DNA of 32,000 bases. It comes from Longivirga aurantiaca. GTDB lineage: Bacteria > Actinomycetota > Actinomycetes > S36-B12 > CAIYMF01. Shown here in pieces: positions 7,803 through 17,093 of the stretch (its first letter is position 1; each line of letters starts with the position of its first letter). Both the position numbers and the translations under genes were made by a program. The stretch is from contig NZ_JBHSTI010000008.1 in the NCBI RefSeq assembly GCF_042660085.1, positions 30,001 to 62,000 on the forward strand. The letters are read 5' to 3'. The notes beneath the pieces were generated by a model. It saw only the letters and a list, made by a program, of their open reading frames with translations, ran no database searches and was not told the DNA's origin.

Positions 7803-9428
7803 TCAGCGGGAGAGCGCGTCCTCGATCCGTGGCACGACGGTGGCGACCTGGTCGAGCCCGGAGTCGTGCACGATCTGCGCCGCGGACGCCGCCAGCTCGG
7901 TGATCACCACACGGGTGCCCTTCGGCTCGAGGTCCTGAGCGAGCCGCGTGATGACGTTGACGCCGGTGACGTCGATGTCGTCCATCGCCGCGGCATCGAT
8001 GACCACGGTCGTGGGCCGCGGGTCCGTCTCCTCGATCAGCGCGCGGATTCGCTCGTCGAAGTGCGTGGCGTTGGCGAAGAAGAGCGCGGAGTCGAAGCGG
8101 TAGACGAGCACCCCGTCGAGAGCGCTCGCAGGAAGAACGCCGAGACGCGCCTTCTCGCGCTCGCCCACGACGCCGGCCTGGACGGTGACCTCGTCCTGCG
8201 GGCGGTAGCTGCGCCGGGCGCGCTCGATGATCGCGACGACGACCGCGAGCAGGACGCCCTGCTCGACGCCGACGAAGGCGACGACCACGAGCGCGAGCAT
8301 CGCGGCGAGCAGCTCGTCCTTGCGCGCCCTCGCGACCGCCTTGAGCTCGCCGACCTTCAGCAGGTGGATGCCGATGCCGAGCACGATGCCGTCGAGCACC
8401 GTCGAGGGCACGTACGCGAACAGGCCCGAGCCGAAGACCAGCAGCAGGCCGATGACGACGGCCATCACGATGTTGACGACCTGGGACCTCGACCCCGCCC
8501 CGTCGCCGGCCGCAGTGCGAGGCGGGCTCCCGTTGATCGCGAAGCCGCCGGTCACCGCGCTGCCGGCGTTCGCGGCGGCGAGCGCGACGAGGTCGCTGTT
8601 GGTGTCGACCTTGTACGCGTTCTTGGTGCCGAAGCTGCGGGCCACGGCCGCGCTCTGAGCGAGCACGACCACCGCGATGGAGAGGGCTGTGGCGGCGAGG
8701 CGCCCCACCTCCGAGCCCGAGATCGACGGCCAGGCGAACGACGGCAGCCCCGGCGGCAGGGCCCCGACCATGTCGACCCCGTGGCTCTGGGCGTCGATGA
8801 CGTTGCCGAGCACCGAGAAGACGACGAGCCCGAACAGCGCGGCCGGGACCGCGGCGGGCAGCCTGAGCGCGCCGACCATGACGGCGACGACGCCGAGGCC
8901 GAGCGCGGCCGACCACCAGTTGATCGAGCCGAGGCCGGTGACGGTGTCGACGAGCTTGTTCCACGTGGAGCCCGACGCCGGGATCCCGAGCACCTCGGGC
9001 AGCTTGCCGATGATGAGCGAGACGCCGACCCCCGTGAGGAACCCGGCGAGGACCGGCTGGGAGATGAGGTCGGCGAGGAAGCCGAGCCGGGCGAGCGCCA
9101 TCACGAACAGGATCGCGGCGGTGATCAGGCCGAGCACGGCCACGGCGCCGGCGTACTGCGCGGACCCGGTGGCGGCCACGGCGGTGGCGCCCGCGGCCAC
9201 GAGCGCGGCGGTGGCGGAGTCGGCTCCGACGACCAGCTGGCGCGACGACGCGATGATCGCGAACAGCAGCGGTGGCAGCAGTGCGCAGTAGAGCCCTGCC
9301 TGGGCGGGCATCCCGGCGATCGACGCGTATCCGAGCGACTCCGGGATGGCGATAGCCGCGACCGTGACGCCGGCGACGAGGTCCCCTCGGAGCCACGCGG
9401 GCTTGTAGCCGCGCAGCAACGTGAACAT
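7803..9428 (-). CDS. SulP-family inorganic anion transporter with C-terminal STAS domain
   Basis: 541 aa. The N-terminus LRGDLVAGVTVAAIAIPESLGYASIAGMPAQAGLY is the SulP signature region, followed by many TM segments. The C-terminal VVIDAAAMDDIDVTGVNVI block is STAS-like. Confidence 0.9.
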   Translation of the reverse strand: MFTLLRGYKPAWLRGDLVAGVTVAAIAIPESLGYASIAGMPAQAGLYCALLPPLLFAIIASSRQLVVGADSATAALVAAGATAVAATGSAQYAGAVAVLGLITAAILFVMALARLGFLADLISQPVLAGFLTGVGVSLIIGKLPEVLGIPASGSTWNKLVDTVTGLGSINWWSAALGLGVVAVMVGALRLPAAVPAALFGLVVFSVLGNVIDAQSHGVDMVGALPPGLPSFAWPSISGSEVGRLAATALSIAVVVLAQSAAVARSFGTKNAYKVDTNSDLVALAAANAGSAVTGGFAINGSPPRTAAGDGAGSRSQVVNIVMAVVIGLLLVFGSGLFAYVPSTVLDGIVLGIGIHLLKVGELKAVARARKDELLAAMLALVVVAFVGVEQGVLLAVVVAIIERARRSYRPQDEVTVQAGVVGEREKARLGVLPASALDGVLVYRFDSALFFANATHFDERIRALIEETDPRPTTVVIDAAAMDDIDVTGVNVITRLAQDLEPKGTRVVITELAASAAQIVHDSGLDQVATVVPRIEDALSR

Positions 9429-9538
9429 GGGTCAGACGCTAGAACTCCGCCGATGCGCCGCGCAGGATCTTCCGCCAAGGACTGATCGCGCCCTCGAGGG
9501 GCGTCTTCCGTCCTCTTCTTGCGCCGTCGCCTGTGCGG

Positions 9539-10138
9539 TCAGGCGCCCAGATCGGCCGCGAGCGCCGCCGACACCTCGGCCACCGCCCATGTGCGCGTGC
9601 GCCCGGGCGCGCCGAGAAGCACCTCGAGGCTGTAGCCGTCCATGAGCCGGCAGGCGCGGTTCGCGTACGCCGAGGGATCCGCGCAGGTGAGCACCCCGGC
9701 GCCGACGCCGTCCGTGATGATCGCCGCGAGGCTCTCCGCCCAGGAGTCGATCACCGCGGAGTAGGCGGTCAGAGTCTCGACGTCCTGCGGCGGACGGGCC
9801 ACGAGCTGGGCCCAGAGCTTCCACCGCACGTCGTCCGCGCCGGTGGGCAGGTAGAGGCGCACGAGCCGGTCGAGCGCGTCGAGGGGATCCGCGGCGGCGG
9901 CGATCCGGCGGTCGCGCGTGGTCGCGAGGTCGGCCTCGGACAGCAGCAGGGTGTCGACGAGGATCCGGTCGCGCTTGCCGAAGTAGTACATGACGTGTCC
10001 GGCGCTCATGCCGGCGCGGGCGGCGATGTCCTGCACGCGCACGCGGTCGGGGCCGACCTCGGCCATGACCTCCATGGCCGCCTTCAGCACCTTGGCGCGC
10101 GCGGACGGCTTGGGCTTCTCGGTGGTGGCTCGGGCCAT
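9539..10138 (-). CDS. TetR-family transcriptional regulator
   Basis: 199 aa from ATG 10138. The HTH is VRVQDIAARAGMSAGHVMYYFGKRD. It is divergent from the permease-ureohydrolase operon. Confidence 0.85.
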   Translation of the reverse strand: MARATTEKPKPSARAKVLKAAMEVMAEVGPDRVRVQDIAARAGMSAGHVMYYFGKRDRILVDTLLLSEADLATTRDRRIAAAADPLDALDRLVRLYLPTGADDVRWKLWAQLVARPPQDVETLTAYSAVIDSWAESLAAIITDGVGAGVLTCADPSAYANRACRLMDGYSLEVLLGAPGRTRTWAVAEVSAALAADLGA

Positions 10139-10159
10139 GACGGGGAGACTAGCGGAAAT

Positions 10160-10191
10160 CTTTGAACGAGATTCTAGAATTTCATTCAAAG
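10160..10191. promoter_or_regulatory. 32-bp nested palindrome; probable TetR operator overlapping divergent -10 boxes
   Basis: CTTTGAAcgagATTCTAGAATttcaTTCAAAG has 14 of 16 symmetric pairs about a single centre. The core ATTCTAGAAT reads TAGAAT on both strands. It is an AT-rich island. Confidence 0.55.
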
Positions 10192-10226
10192 TGTCGCTAC
10201 GGTGCTCCCACCGAGAGGAGCCCGAC

Positions 10227-11690
10227 ATGGACCAGGCCACGGTCGAGAGCACGACCGCCGAGCACCACGCCGTGGAGCAGCACGGCGTCGACACGATCCC
10301 CGACGTCGAGCGCACGTCCCGGCCGCGCGACGTCGTCGGCATCCTGTGGGGCGGCAACCTGGCCCTGTCGGTCGCGGTCTTCGGCTGGCTCGTCGTCCTC
10401 TACGGGCTCGGCTGGTGGGCGTCGGTCTCGGCGATCCTGGTCGGCACGCTGGTCGGCAGCCTCGCCGTCGCCCCGCTGTCGCTGCTCGGCTTCCGGTCCG
10501 GCACCAACAACTCCGTCACGAGCGGCGCCTACTTCGGGGTGCGCGGCCGGCTCATCGCGTCGGTCATCGGCCTGCTGCTCTGCCTCGGGTACGTCGCCCT
10601 CACGGTCTGGACCGGCGGCGAGGCCGTGGTCGTCGGCCTCGACCGCGCACGCGGCACCGAGGGAACCGACGGGGAGCTCGCGATCGGTTACGTCGTGATC
10701 GCGGCGCTCGTGGCGGCTGTCGGCATCTACGGCTACCGGTGGCTCGTGCGCGTCAACAAGCTGATCGTCCCGCTCGTCGGCGGGGCCATGCTGCTCACGG
10801 TGATCGGGCTCTGGGGCTCGTTCGACGCGTCGTACGCCGGCACGCCCGACGAGTACATCCTCGGCGGCTTCTGGCCGACCTGGCTGCTCGCCGCGCTGAC
10901 CGCGGGCGTCGCCGGCCCTGTCTCGTACGTGACGCAGACCGGTGACTGGACGCGCTACATCTCGCCGCGCCGGCACGACCCCCGGCGGCTCGTCGGCGCG
11001 GCGTTCGTGGGCCTGTTCGTCGGCCTCATCGTCCCGACTCTGTTCGGCGCCTTCGTCTCGGTCGTCGCGTTCGACCCCGACAGCTTCGTCGCCGGGCTGG
11101 TGAACGGCGTGCCGTCGTGGCTCCTTCTCCCCGTGATCGCCGCGGCGGTGGTGGGCAGCCTCGGCCAGGGCGGGATGAACCTCTACTCGATGGGCCTCGA
11201 CCTCGACGCGATCCTCCCGCGCCTCACCCGCACGCAGGCCACGGTCACGGTCGCTGTCGTCTCGACAGCGCTCGTCTTCCTGGGGCGCTTCGTGTGGAGC
11301 GCCGAGACCGCGGTGACGACGTTCGTCGTCGTGCTCACCTCGCTCGCGACCCCCTGGGCCGTGATCACGATGATCGCGTTCACCCGCACCCGCGGCCGCT
11401 TCGACGAGCCCTCGCTCCAGGTCTTCAACCGGCGCGAGACCGGCGGCGCCTACTGGTACACCGCCGGCTGGAACGGCGCCGCTGTCGTCGCGTGGCTCGC
11501 CGGCAGCGTCGTCGGCGTGCTGTCGAACTCGACCGACGTGTACGCCGGCCCGATCGCCGACGCGCTCGGCGGAGTCGATGCCAGCTTCCTGACCTCCGCC
11601 GTCGTCGCCGGGCTGGTATACCTCGCCCTGGTGGCGGCCCGACCGGCGGCGCTCGCCGCAGTCGGCTCGTCGGAAGGGAAGGCGTCATGA
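10227..11690 (+). CDS. NCS1-family (purine-cytosine permease-like) transporter
   Basis: 487 aa from ATG 10227, with GAGGAG at 10215-10220. It has about 12 hydrophobic segments. The N-terminal IPDVERTSRPRDVVGILWGGNLALS block is typical of CodB-like permeases. Confidence 0.8.
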   Translation: MDQATVESTTAEHHAVEQHGVDTIPDVERTSRPRDVVGILWGGNLALSVAVFGWLVVLYGLGWWASVSAILVGTLVGSLAVAPLSLLGFRSGTNNSVTSGAYFGVRGRLIASVIGLLLCLGYVALTVWTGGEAVVVGLDRARGTEGTDGELAIGYVVIAALVAAVGIYGYRWLVRVNKLIVPLVGGAMLLTVIGLWGSFDASYAGTPDEYILGGFWPTWLLAALTAGVAGPVSYVTQTGDWTRYISPRRHDPRRLVGAAFVGLFVGLIVPTLFGAFVSVVAFDPDSFVAGLVNGVPSWLLLPVIAAAVVGSLGQGGMNLYSMGLDLDAILPRLTRTQATVTVAVVSTALVFLGRFVWSAETAVTTFVVVLTSLATPWAVITMIAFTRTRGRFDEPSLQVFNRRETGGAYWYTAGWNGAAVVAWLAGSVVGVLSNSTDVYAGPIADALGGVDASFLTSAVVAGLVYLALVAARPAALAAVGSSEGKAS

Positions 11691-12715
11691 CGCGCTACGG
11701 CCCGATGTTCGGCCCGGACATCACGTTCCTCGGTGTCGACCGGTGCACGATCGACGAGCCCGACACATACGCCGATGCCGACGTCGTCATCGTGGGCGCG
11801 CCGTTCGACGGCGGAACGTCGTACCGCGCCGGCGCCCGGCTCGGCCCGCAGGCGATCCGGTCCACCGACTACCTGCCGCACGACGGGTCGCGCCCGTCGC
11901 TGGCGCTGCGCGTCGACGCGCTGCAGGACCTCCGCGTGCTGGACGCCGGCGATGTGGAGATGTTCAGCGGGGACGCCGAGCGCTCCTGCCGCGACCTCGA
12001 GGCTGCGATCACCACGGTCGCCGAGAACGGCGCGATTCCGCTCGTGCTCGGCGGGGACCACACCATCACGTGGCCCAACTGCACGGCGGTGGCCCGCGCG
12101 CGCGGGTGGGGCCGTGTCGCCGTCCTGCACTTCGACGCGCACGCCGACACCGGCGACATCACGTTCGGCTCCCTCATCGGCCACGGCCACCCCATGCGCC
12201 AGCTGATCGAGTCCGGTGCCGTCCGCGGCGACCGGTTCCTGCAGATCGGGCTGCGCGGCTACTGGCCGGAGCCCGAGACGCTCGACTGGATGGCCGAGCA
12301 GGGCATGCGGTCGTACGAGATGACCGAGATCGTCCACCGCGGGCTCGACGAGTGCCTCACCGAGGCGTTCGCGATCGCGCTCGACGACTGTGACGGCGTC
12401 TTCCTGTCGGTCGACATCGACGTCGCGGACCCGGGGCACGCACCCGGCACGGGCACGCCGGAGTCCGGCGGGCTGTCGGCGCGCGAGCTGCTCGACGCCG
12501 TACGCCGGATCGCGGTCGAGCTGCCGGTCGTCGGCATGGACGTGGTCGAGGTGGCACCGCCGTACGACCACGCCGACATCACCGCGGCGCTGGCCAACCG
12601 GGTGGTGCTCGAGGCGCTGTCGGGCATCGCCCGCCGCCGGTACGACGCCGAGCACGGCACCACCTGGGACCCGTCGCAGCCGCTCCTCGCGAACCGCCGC
12701 CGGCCCCAGGCCTGA
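11687..12715 (+). CDS. Arginase-family ureohydrolase (agmatinase/guanidino-acid hydrolase-like)
   Basis: 342 aa. The Mn-binding motifs are GGDHTIT, HFDAHADT and SVDIDVADP. ATGA overlaps the permease stop (11687-11690). Confidence 0.9.
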   Translation: MTRYGPMFGPDITFLGVDRCTIDEPDTYADADVVIVGAPFDGGTSYRAGARLGPQAIRSTDYLPHDGSRPSLALRVDALQDLRVLDAGDVEMFSGDAERSCRDLEAAITTVAENGAIPLVLGGDHTITWPNCTAVARARGWGRVAVLHFDAHADTGDITFGSLIGHGHPMRQLIESGAVRGDRFLQIGLRGYWPEPETLDWMAEQGMRSYEMTEIVHRGLDECLTEAFAIALDDCDGVFLSVDIDVADPGHAPGTGTPESGGLSARELLDAVRRIAVELPVVGMDVVEVAPPYDHADITAALANRVVLEALSGIARRRYDAEHGTTWDPSQPLLANRRRPQA

Positions 12716-12723
12716 CGCCGGTA

Positions 12724-12755
12724 GTCGGAACACGGTGCAGACCCCGCGTTCCGAC
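12724..12755. terminator. Hairpin between convergent genes (weak terminator candidate)
   Basis: GTCGGAAC (12724-12731) pairs with GTTCCGAC (12748-12755), with 3 further inner pairs after a mismatch. Confidence 0.4.
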
Positions 12756-12778
12756 CACCAGCGGTCGACGCGGCAGGT

Positions 12779-14008
12779 TCAGCGCGGGGGTGCGGCCAGG
12801 GAGGAGTCGAGCGAGGCGAGGGCCCCGGAGTTGAGTCCGAGCCGCTCGGCGTCGACACGCTCGTCGCGTGCCTCGTCGTCCCGGCCGAGCCGGTGCAGCA
12901 GCTCGGCACGGGCGCCGTGCCACCACGCGTGGTGCTCGAGGCCGGCGATCGCGTCGACCGCCGCGAGCCCGGCGGCTGCACCGTCCCGCTCGGCGAGGGC
13001 CGAAGCCCGACCGAGCCGCGCCGACGGCGAGTCACGTACGGCGAGAAGCACGTCGTACCAGTCGATCACGGCGTCCCAGTCGGTCTCCTCGTACGACGGA
13101 GCCAGCGCGTGGCAGCCAGCGATCGCCGCCTGGACGACGTACGGGTCGGCCCGGTCAGGAGTTCGGCGCACGCCCTCGGCCACCAGGGCGACGCCCTCAC
13201 GGGCCTCGACCGGGTCCCACCGGTGCCGCACCTGGTCGGCGAGACGGACCGCGGAGCCGTCGGGTGCCACCCGCGCCGCGCGGCGGCAGTCGAGCAGCAG
13301 CATGAGCGCGAGCAGCCCGATGACGCCGGGCTCGTCGGGCATCAGCCCATGCAGCAGACGTCCGAGGCGGATGGCCTCGTCGACGAGGTCCTGGCGCACC
13401 GCGGCGTCGCCGCTCGACGGCGCGTAGCCCTCGTTGAACACGAGGTAGACCGTCGCGAGCACTCCCGCGAGCCGGTCGGGCAGCTCGGCGTCGGACGGCA
13501 CGCGGTAGGGGATGTGCGCCGCGGCGATCTTCTGCTTGGCGCGCGTGAGCCGCTTGGCCGCCGTCGCCTCGGGGACGAGCAGGGCGCGCGCGACCTCGGC
13601 GGTCGACAGACCGCAGAGCGTGCGCAGGCTGAGCGCCACCTGCGCCTCCGGCGACAAGGTGGGGTGGCAGCACGTGAACACGAGCCGCAGCAGGTCGTCG
13701 CGGACGACCGAGTCGGGCGGCGGCTCGGGGTCGGAGTCGAGGAGCCACACGGCTTCGGCCTCCTTCCCGTCCCGTTGCGCCTCGCGCCGGATCCTGTCGA
13801 CGGCGCAGCGGCGCGCGACCGTGGTGAGCCACGCGCGCGGCTCGTCCGGGACGCCGTCGCGCGACCAGGTGGTGAGGGCGCGGAGGACGGCCTCCTGCAC
13901 GGAGTCCTCGGCCAGGCCGACGTCGCCGGTGACGCGGACGAGCGTGGCGAGGATGCGTGGGAACTCCTCGCGGACGACACGCTCGACCGCGTCCTCGGGC
14001 GACGTCAT
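12779..14008 (-). CDS. ECF sigma factor with long C-terminal TPR-like extension (ECF42-type)
   Basis: 409 aa. It has sigma-2 and sigma-4 regions (FTCCHPTLSPEAQVALSLRTLCGLSTAEVARALLVPEATAAKRLTRAKQKI) and a C-terminal extension of about 200 aa. It sits 18 nt downstream of a DGPF/YCII gene, which is the hallmark ECF42 context. Confidence 0.85.
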   Translation of the reverse strand: MTSPEDAVERVVREEFPRILATLVRVTGDVGLAEDSVQEAVLRALTTWSRDGVPDEPRAWLTTVARRCAVDRIRREAQRDGKEAEAVWLLDSDPEPPPDSVVRDDLLRLVFTCCHPTLSPEAQVALSLRTLCGLSTAEVARALLVPEATAAKRLTRAKQKIAAAHIPYRVPSDAELPDRLAGVLATVYLVFNEGYAPSSGDAAVRQDLVDEAIRLGRLLHGLMPDEPGVIGLLALMLLLDCRRAARVAPDGSAVRLADQVRHRWDPVEAREGVALVAEGVRRTPDRADPYVVQAAIAGCHALAPSYEETDWDAVIDWYDVLLAVRDSPSARLGRASALAERDGAAAGLAAVDAIAGLEHHAWWHGARAELLHRLGRDDEARDERVDAERLGLNSGALASLDSSLAAPPR

Positions 14009-14026
14009 GGCTCGGTGCGGCTCGGC

Positions 14027-14380
14027 TCAGCCGAAGTCGATGATCGGGCGCACCTCGACGCACCCGCTGCCGTCGTACGCCGCGGGGATCTTGGCCGCCC
14101 AGCCGACCGCCTCGTCGAGGTCGGCCGCCTCGATCAGGTAGAAGCCGGTCAGGGCCTCCTTGGTGTCGGCGTACGGGCCGTCGGTCGTGACGACGTCGCC
14201 ACCCTTGCCGCCGTTCACGCGGACGGTGGTGGCGGTGGCGTTGTTGTAGAGCGCGGCGCCGCCGCGGATGACGGCCTCGGCCTCGTGCCCGAAGGCGTTG
14301 TAGCCCGGCATCATCGCGTCGAACGCGGGGTCGGACGGCTCGAGGTCGGTGCTCCAGATGAGTGCGGCGTACTGCGGCAT
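14027..14380 (-). CDS. YCII-related / DGPF-domain protein
   Basis: 117 aa carrying DGPYADTKEALTGFYLIEA, a variant of the DGPFAETKE signature. GGGGAG lies 8 nt upstream of the ATG. Confidence 0.85.
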   Translation of the reverse strand: MPQYAALIWSTDLEPSDPAFDAMMPGYNAFGHEAEAVIRGGAALYNNATATTVRVNGGKGGDVVTTDGPYADTKEALTGFYLIEAADLDEAVGWAAKIPAAYDGSGCVEVRPIIDFG

Positions 14381-14678
14381 GACGTGTCTCCCCAGCTGTC
14401 GTGGACGACCCCCTCGGCCGTCCTCACCCTAGGGACGAACGCCGAGGTGCGGGGAGGACATCGGCGGGCCGGGAGTTCTCCGGCTGTTCGTCCGAAGCGG
14501 TGGCGCGAGCGGCCGGGTCGGGGGATGGTGGCAGCACGGCCCCGTCGGGTGACCCGTGCCACGACTCTCCGGTAACGGCCGCATCGGGCCGCCCGAGTCA
14601 CTACCGTTGGTTCTGTAAGCGTTTGCAGCGGGCCCGTCCCGGGCACCCGGTGCTCACGCCACGACCGGGAGGAACCCC

Positions 14679-17093
14679 GTGACCGCACGCACTGCCGCAG
14701 TCCCCACCGACGCGCTCGTCGAAGCCCTCGCGAACCCCACCGACGAGGAGATCGCACCGCTCGACGCCTGGTGGCGCGCCAACAACTACCTGACCGTCGC
14801 CCAGATCTACCTGGGTGCCAACCCGCTGCTCAAGCGCACGCTCGTGTCGGACGACATCAAGCCGCGCCTCCTCGGCCACTGGGGAACGAGCCCCGGTCTG
14901 TCGTTCATCTACGCGCACGCCACGCGCCTCATCGGCAAGACCGACCAGCAGATGATCTACCTCGCCGGGCCCGGCCACGGCGGCCCGGCGCTCGTCGCCG
15001 CCGGCTACCTCGAGGGCACCTACAGCGAGATCTACCCCGACGTGTCCCAGGATGAGGGCGGCCTGCTCCGGCTGTGCCGCCAGTTCTCCGCCCCCGGCGG
15101 CATCCCGAGCCACGTCTCGGTGCCCACCCCCGGCTCGATCCACGAGGGCGGCGAGCTCGGCTACGTGCTCGTGCACGCCTTCGGCGCCGTGATGGACAAC
15201 CCCGACCTCATCGCGCTCGCCGTCGTCGGCGACGGCGAGGCGGAGACCGGCCCGCTCGAGGGCTCCTGGAAGGGCGTCTCCTTCCTCAACCCGGCGCGCG
15301 ACGGCGCGGTGCTGCCGATCCTGCACCTCAACGGCGCCAAGATCGCCGGCCCGACCGTGCTCGCCCGCAAGGACCCGGCCGAGGTGCGCGAGCTCCTCTC
15401 CGGCCACGGCTACGAGGTCATCGAGGTCGAGGGCGACGACATCCCCGGGATGCACCACCGGTTCGCGGCAGCCCTCACCCGCGCGTGGGTGCGGATCCGC
15501 GAGATCCAGCAGTCGGCACGCGGCGGCGACTGGGACGGCACGCGACCCGACTGGCCGCTCATCATCCTGCGCACGCCCAAGGGCTGGACCGGCCCGAAGG
15601 AGGTCGACGGCCAGAGGACCGAGGGCACGTGGCGCTCGCACCAGGTGCCGCTGTCCGGCGTGAAGGGCAACCAGGACCACCTCGACATCCTCGAGACGTG
15701 GCTGCGCTCGTACCGGCCGGAGGAGCTGTTCGACGAGAACGGCGGCCCGAGCGAGCTCGTACGCCGGGCCAACGTCACCGGCGACCTGCGGATGAGCGCA
15801 TCGCCGCACGCCAACGGCGGCCTCGTCACGCGCGACCTCGAGATGCCGGACTTCCGTCAGTACGCCGTCGACGTCCCCACGCCGGCGACCGTGAAGCTCG
15901 AGTCGACGCGCACGCTCGGCGAGCTCATGCGCGACATCTACCGCGACAACGACGACCGGTTCCGGCTGTTCTGCCCTGACGAGACCAACAGCAACCGGCT
16001 CGGCGCGGTGTTCGAGGTGTCGGACCGCATGTTCGCGGAGACCGTCTACCCCGAGGACGTCTCGCTCTCGCGCGACGGCCGCGTGATGGAGGTGCTCTCC
16101 GAGCACAACTGCCACGGCTGGCTCGAGGGCTACACGCTGACCGGCCGGCACGGCCTGTTCGCGACGTACGAGGCGTTCGCGATGGTGAGCGCGTCGCAGA
16201 CCATCCAGCACGCGAAGTGGCTGCAGGAGGCCGAGCACCTCGACTGGCGCGAGCCCGTGCCGAGCCTCAACATCCTGCTCACCTCGACCGCGTGGCGTAA
16301 CGACCACAACGGCTTCAGCCACCAGGGCCCGGGCCTGCTGCAGAACGTCATCACGACGCGCGGCAACATCGGTCGCGTCTACCTGCCGCCGGACGCGAAC
16401 TCGCTGCTCTCGGTCGCCGACCACTGCTTCCGCTCGCGGTCGTACGTCAACGTCATCGTCATCGACAAGCAGCCGCAGCTGCAGTGGATGACGATCGACG
16501 AGGCGGTCGAGCACTGCACCCGCGGCGCCGGCGTGTGGGAGTGGGCGGGCACCGACGACGGGTCCGCAGACCCCGACATCGTGCTGGCCTGCGCGGGCGA
16601 CGTCGTGACGATGGAGACGATCGCCGCGGCCGAGATCCTGAAGAAGCACATGCCGCACTTCCGCACGCGCGTGGTGAACGTCGTCGACCTGATGGCGCTG
16701 CCGCGCCGCAAGGACCACCCGCACGGCATGGACGAGACGCTCTTCAACGAGCTGTTCACCGACCACGTCGACGTCGTGTTCGCCTTCCACGGCTACCCCG
16801 GTGCGATCCACCAGCTCGTGCACGGCCGTCCGGACGCCGACCGCTTCCGCGTCCGCGGCTTCATCGAGGAGGGCACGACCACCACGCCGTTCGACATGGT
16901 CGTGCGCAACCGTGTGTCGCGCTACCACCTCGTGATGGACGCCATCAACAACGCCCGCCGCACGCCTCCGGGCGCGAGCGAGCTCAAGGCGTGGTGCCAG
17001 ATGCAGCTGGACAAGCACGAGGCGTACGTCGTCGAGCACCTCGAGGACATGCCCGAGGTACGCGACTGGTCGCTCGGTGACGGCTCTGTCTGA
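14679..17093 (+). CDS. xfp: Xylulose-5-phosphate/fructose-6-phosphate phosphoketolase
   Basis: 804 aa from GTG 14679, with GGGAGG at 14667-14672. Signatures include WWRANNYLTVAQIYL, GHWGTSPG and EGGELGY. The 911-aa antisense ORF is an artefact. Confidence 0.95.
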   Translation: MTARTAAVPTDALVEALANPTDEEIAPLDAWWRANNYLTVAQIYLGANPLLKRTLVSDDIKPRLLGHWGTSPGLSFIYAHATRLIGKTDQQMIYLAGPGHGGPALVAAGYLEGTYSEIYPDVSQDEGGLLRLCRQFSAPGGIPSHVSVPTPGSIHEGGELGYVLVHAFGAVMDNPDLIALAVVGDGEAETGPLEGSWKGVSFLNPARDGAVLPILHLNGAKIAGPTVLARKDPAEVRELLSGHGYEVIEVEGDDIPGMHHRFAAALTRAWVRIREIQQSARGGDWDGTRPDWPLIILRTPKGWTGPKEVDGQRTEGTWRSHQVPLSGVKGNQDHLDILETWLRSYRPEELFDENGGPSELVRRANVTGDLRMSASPHANGGLVTRDLEMPDFRQYAVDVPTPATVKLESTRTLGELMRDIYRDNDDRFRLFCPDETNSNRLGAVFEVSDRMFAETVYPEDVSLSRDGRVMEVLSEHNCHGWLEGYTLTGRHGLFATYEAFAMVSASQTIQHAKWLQEAEHLDWREPVPSLNILLTSTAWRNDHNGFSHQGPGLLQNVITTRGNIGRVYLPPDANSLLSVADHCFRSRSYVNVIVIDKQPQLQWMTIDEAVEHCTRGAGVWEWAGTDDGSADPDIVLACAGDVVTMETIAAAEILKKHMPHFRTRVVNVVDLMALPRRKDHPHGMDETLFNELFTDHVDVVFAFHGYPGAIHQLVHGRPDADRFRVRGFIEEGTTTTPFDMVVRNRVSRYHLVMDAINNARRTPPGASELKAWCQMQLDKHEAYVVEHLEDMPEVRDWSLGDGSV

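Noticed and set aside
9487-9503. Imperfect GC hairpin (CGCGCCCTCGAGGGGCG) downstream of the TetR gene at 9539.
   Set aside because: It is a bulged 5-6 bp stem without a U-tract and is indistinguishable from background GC-rich self-complementarity.
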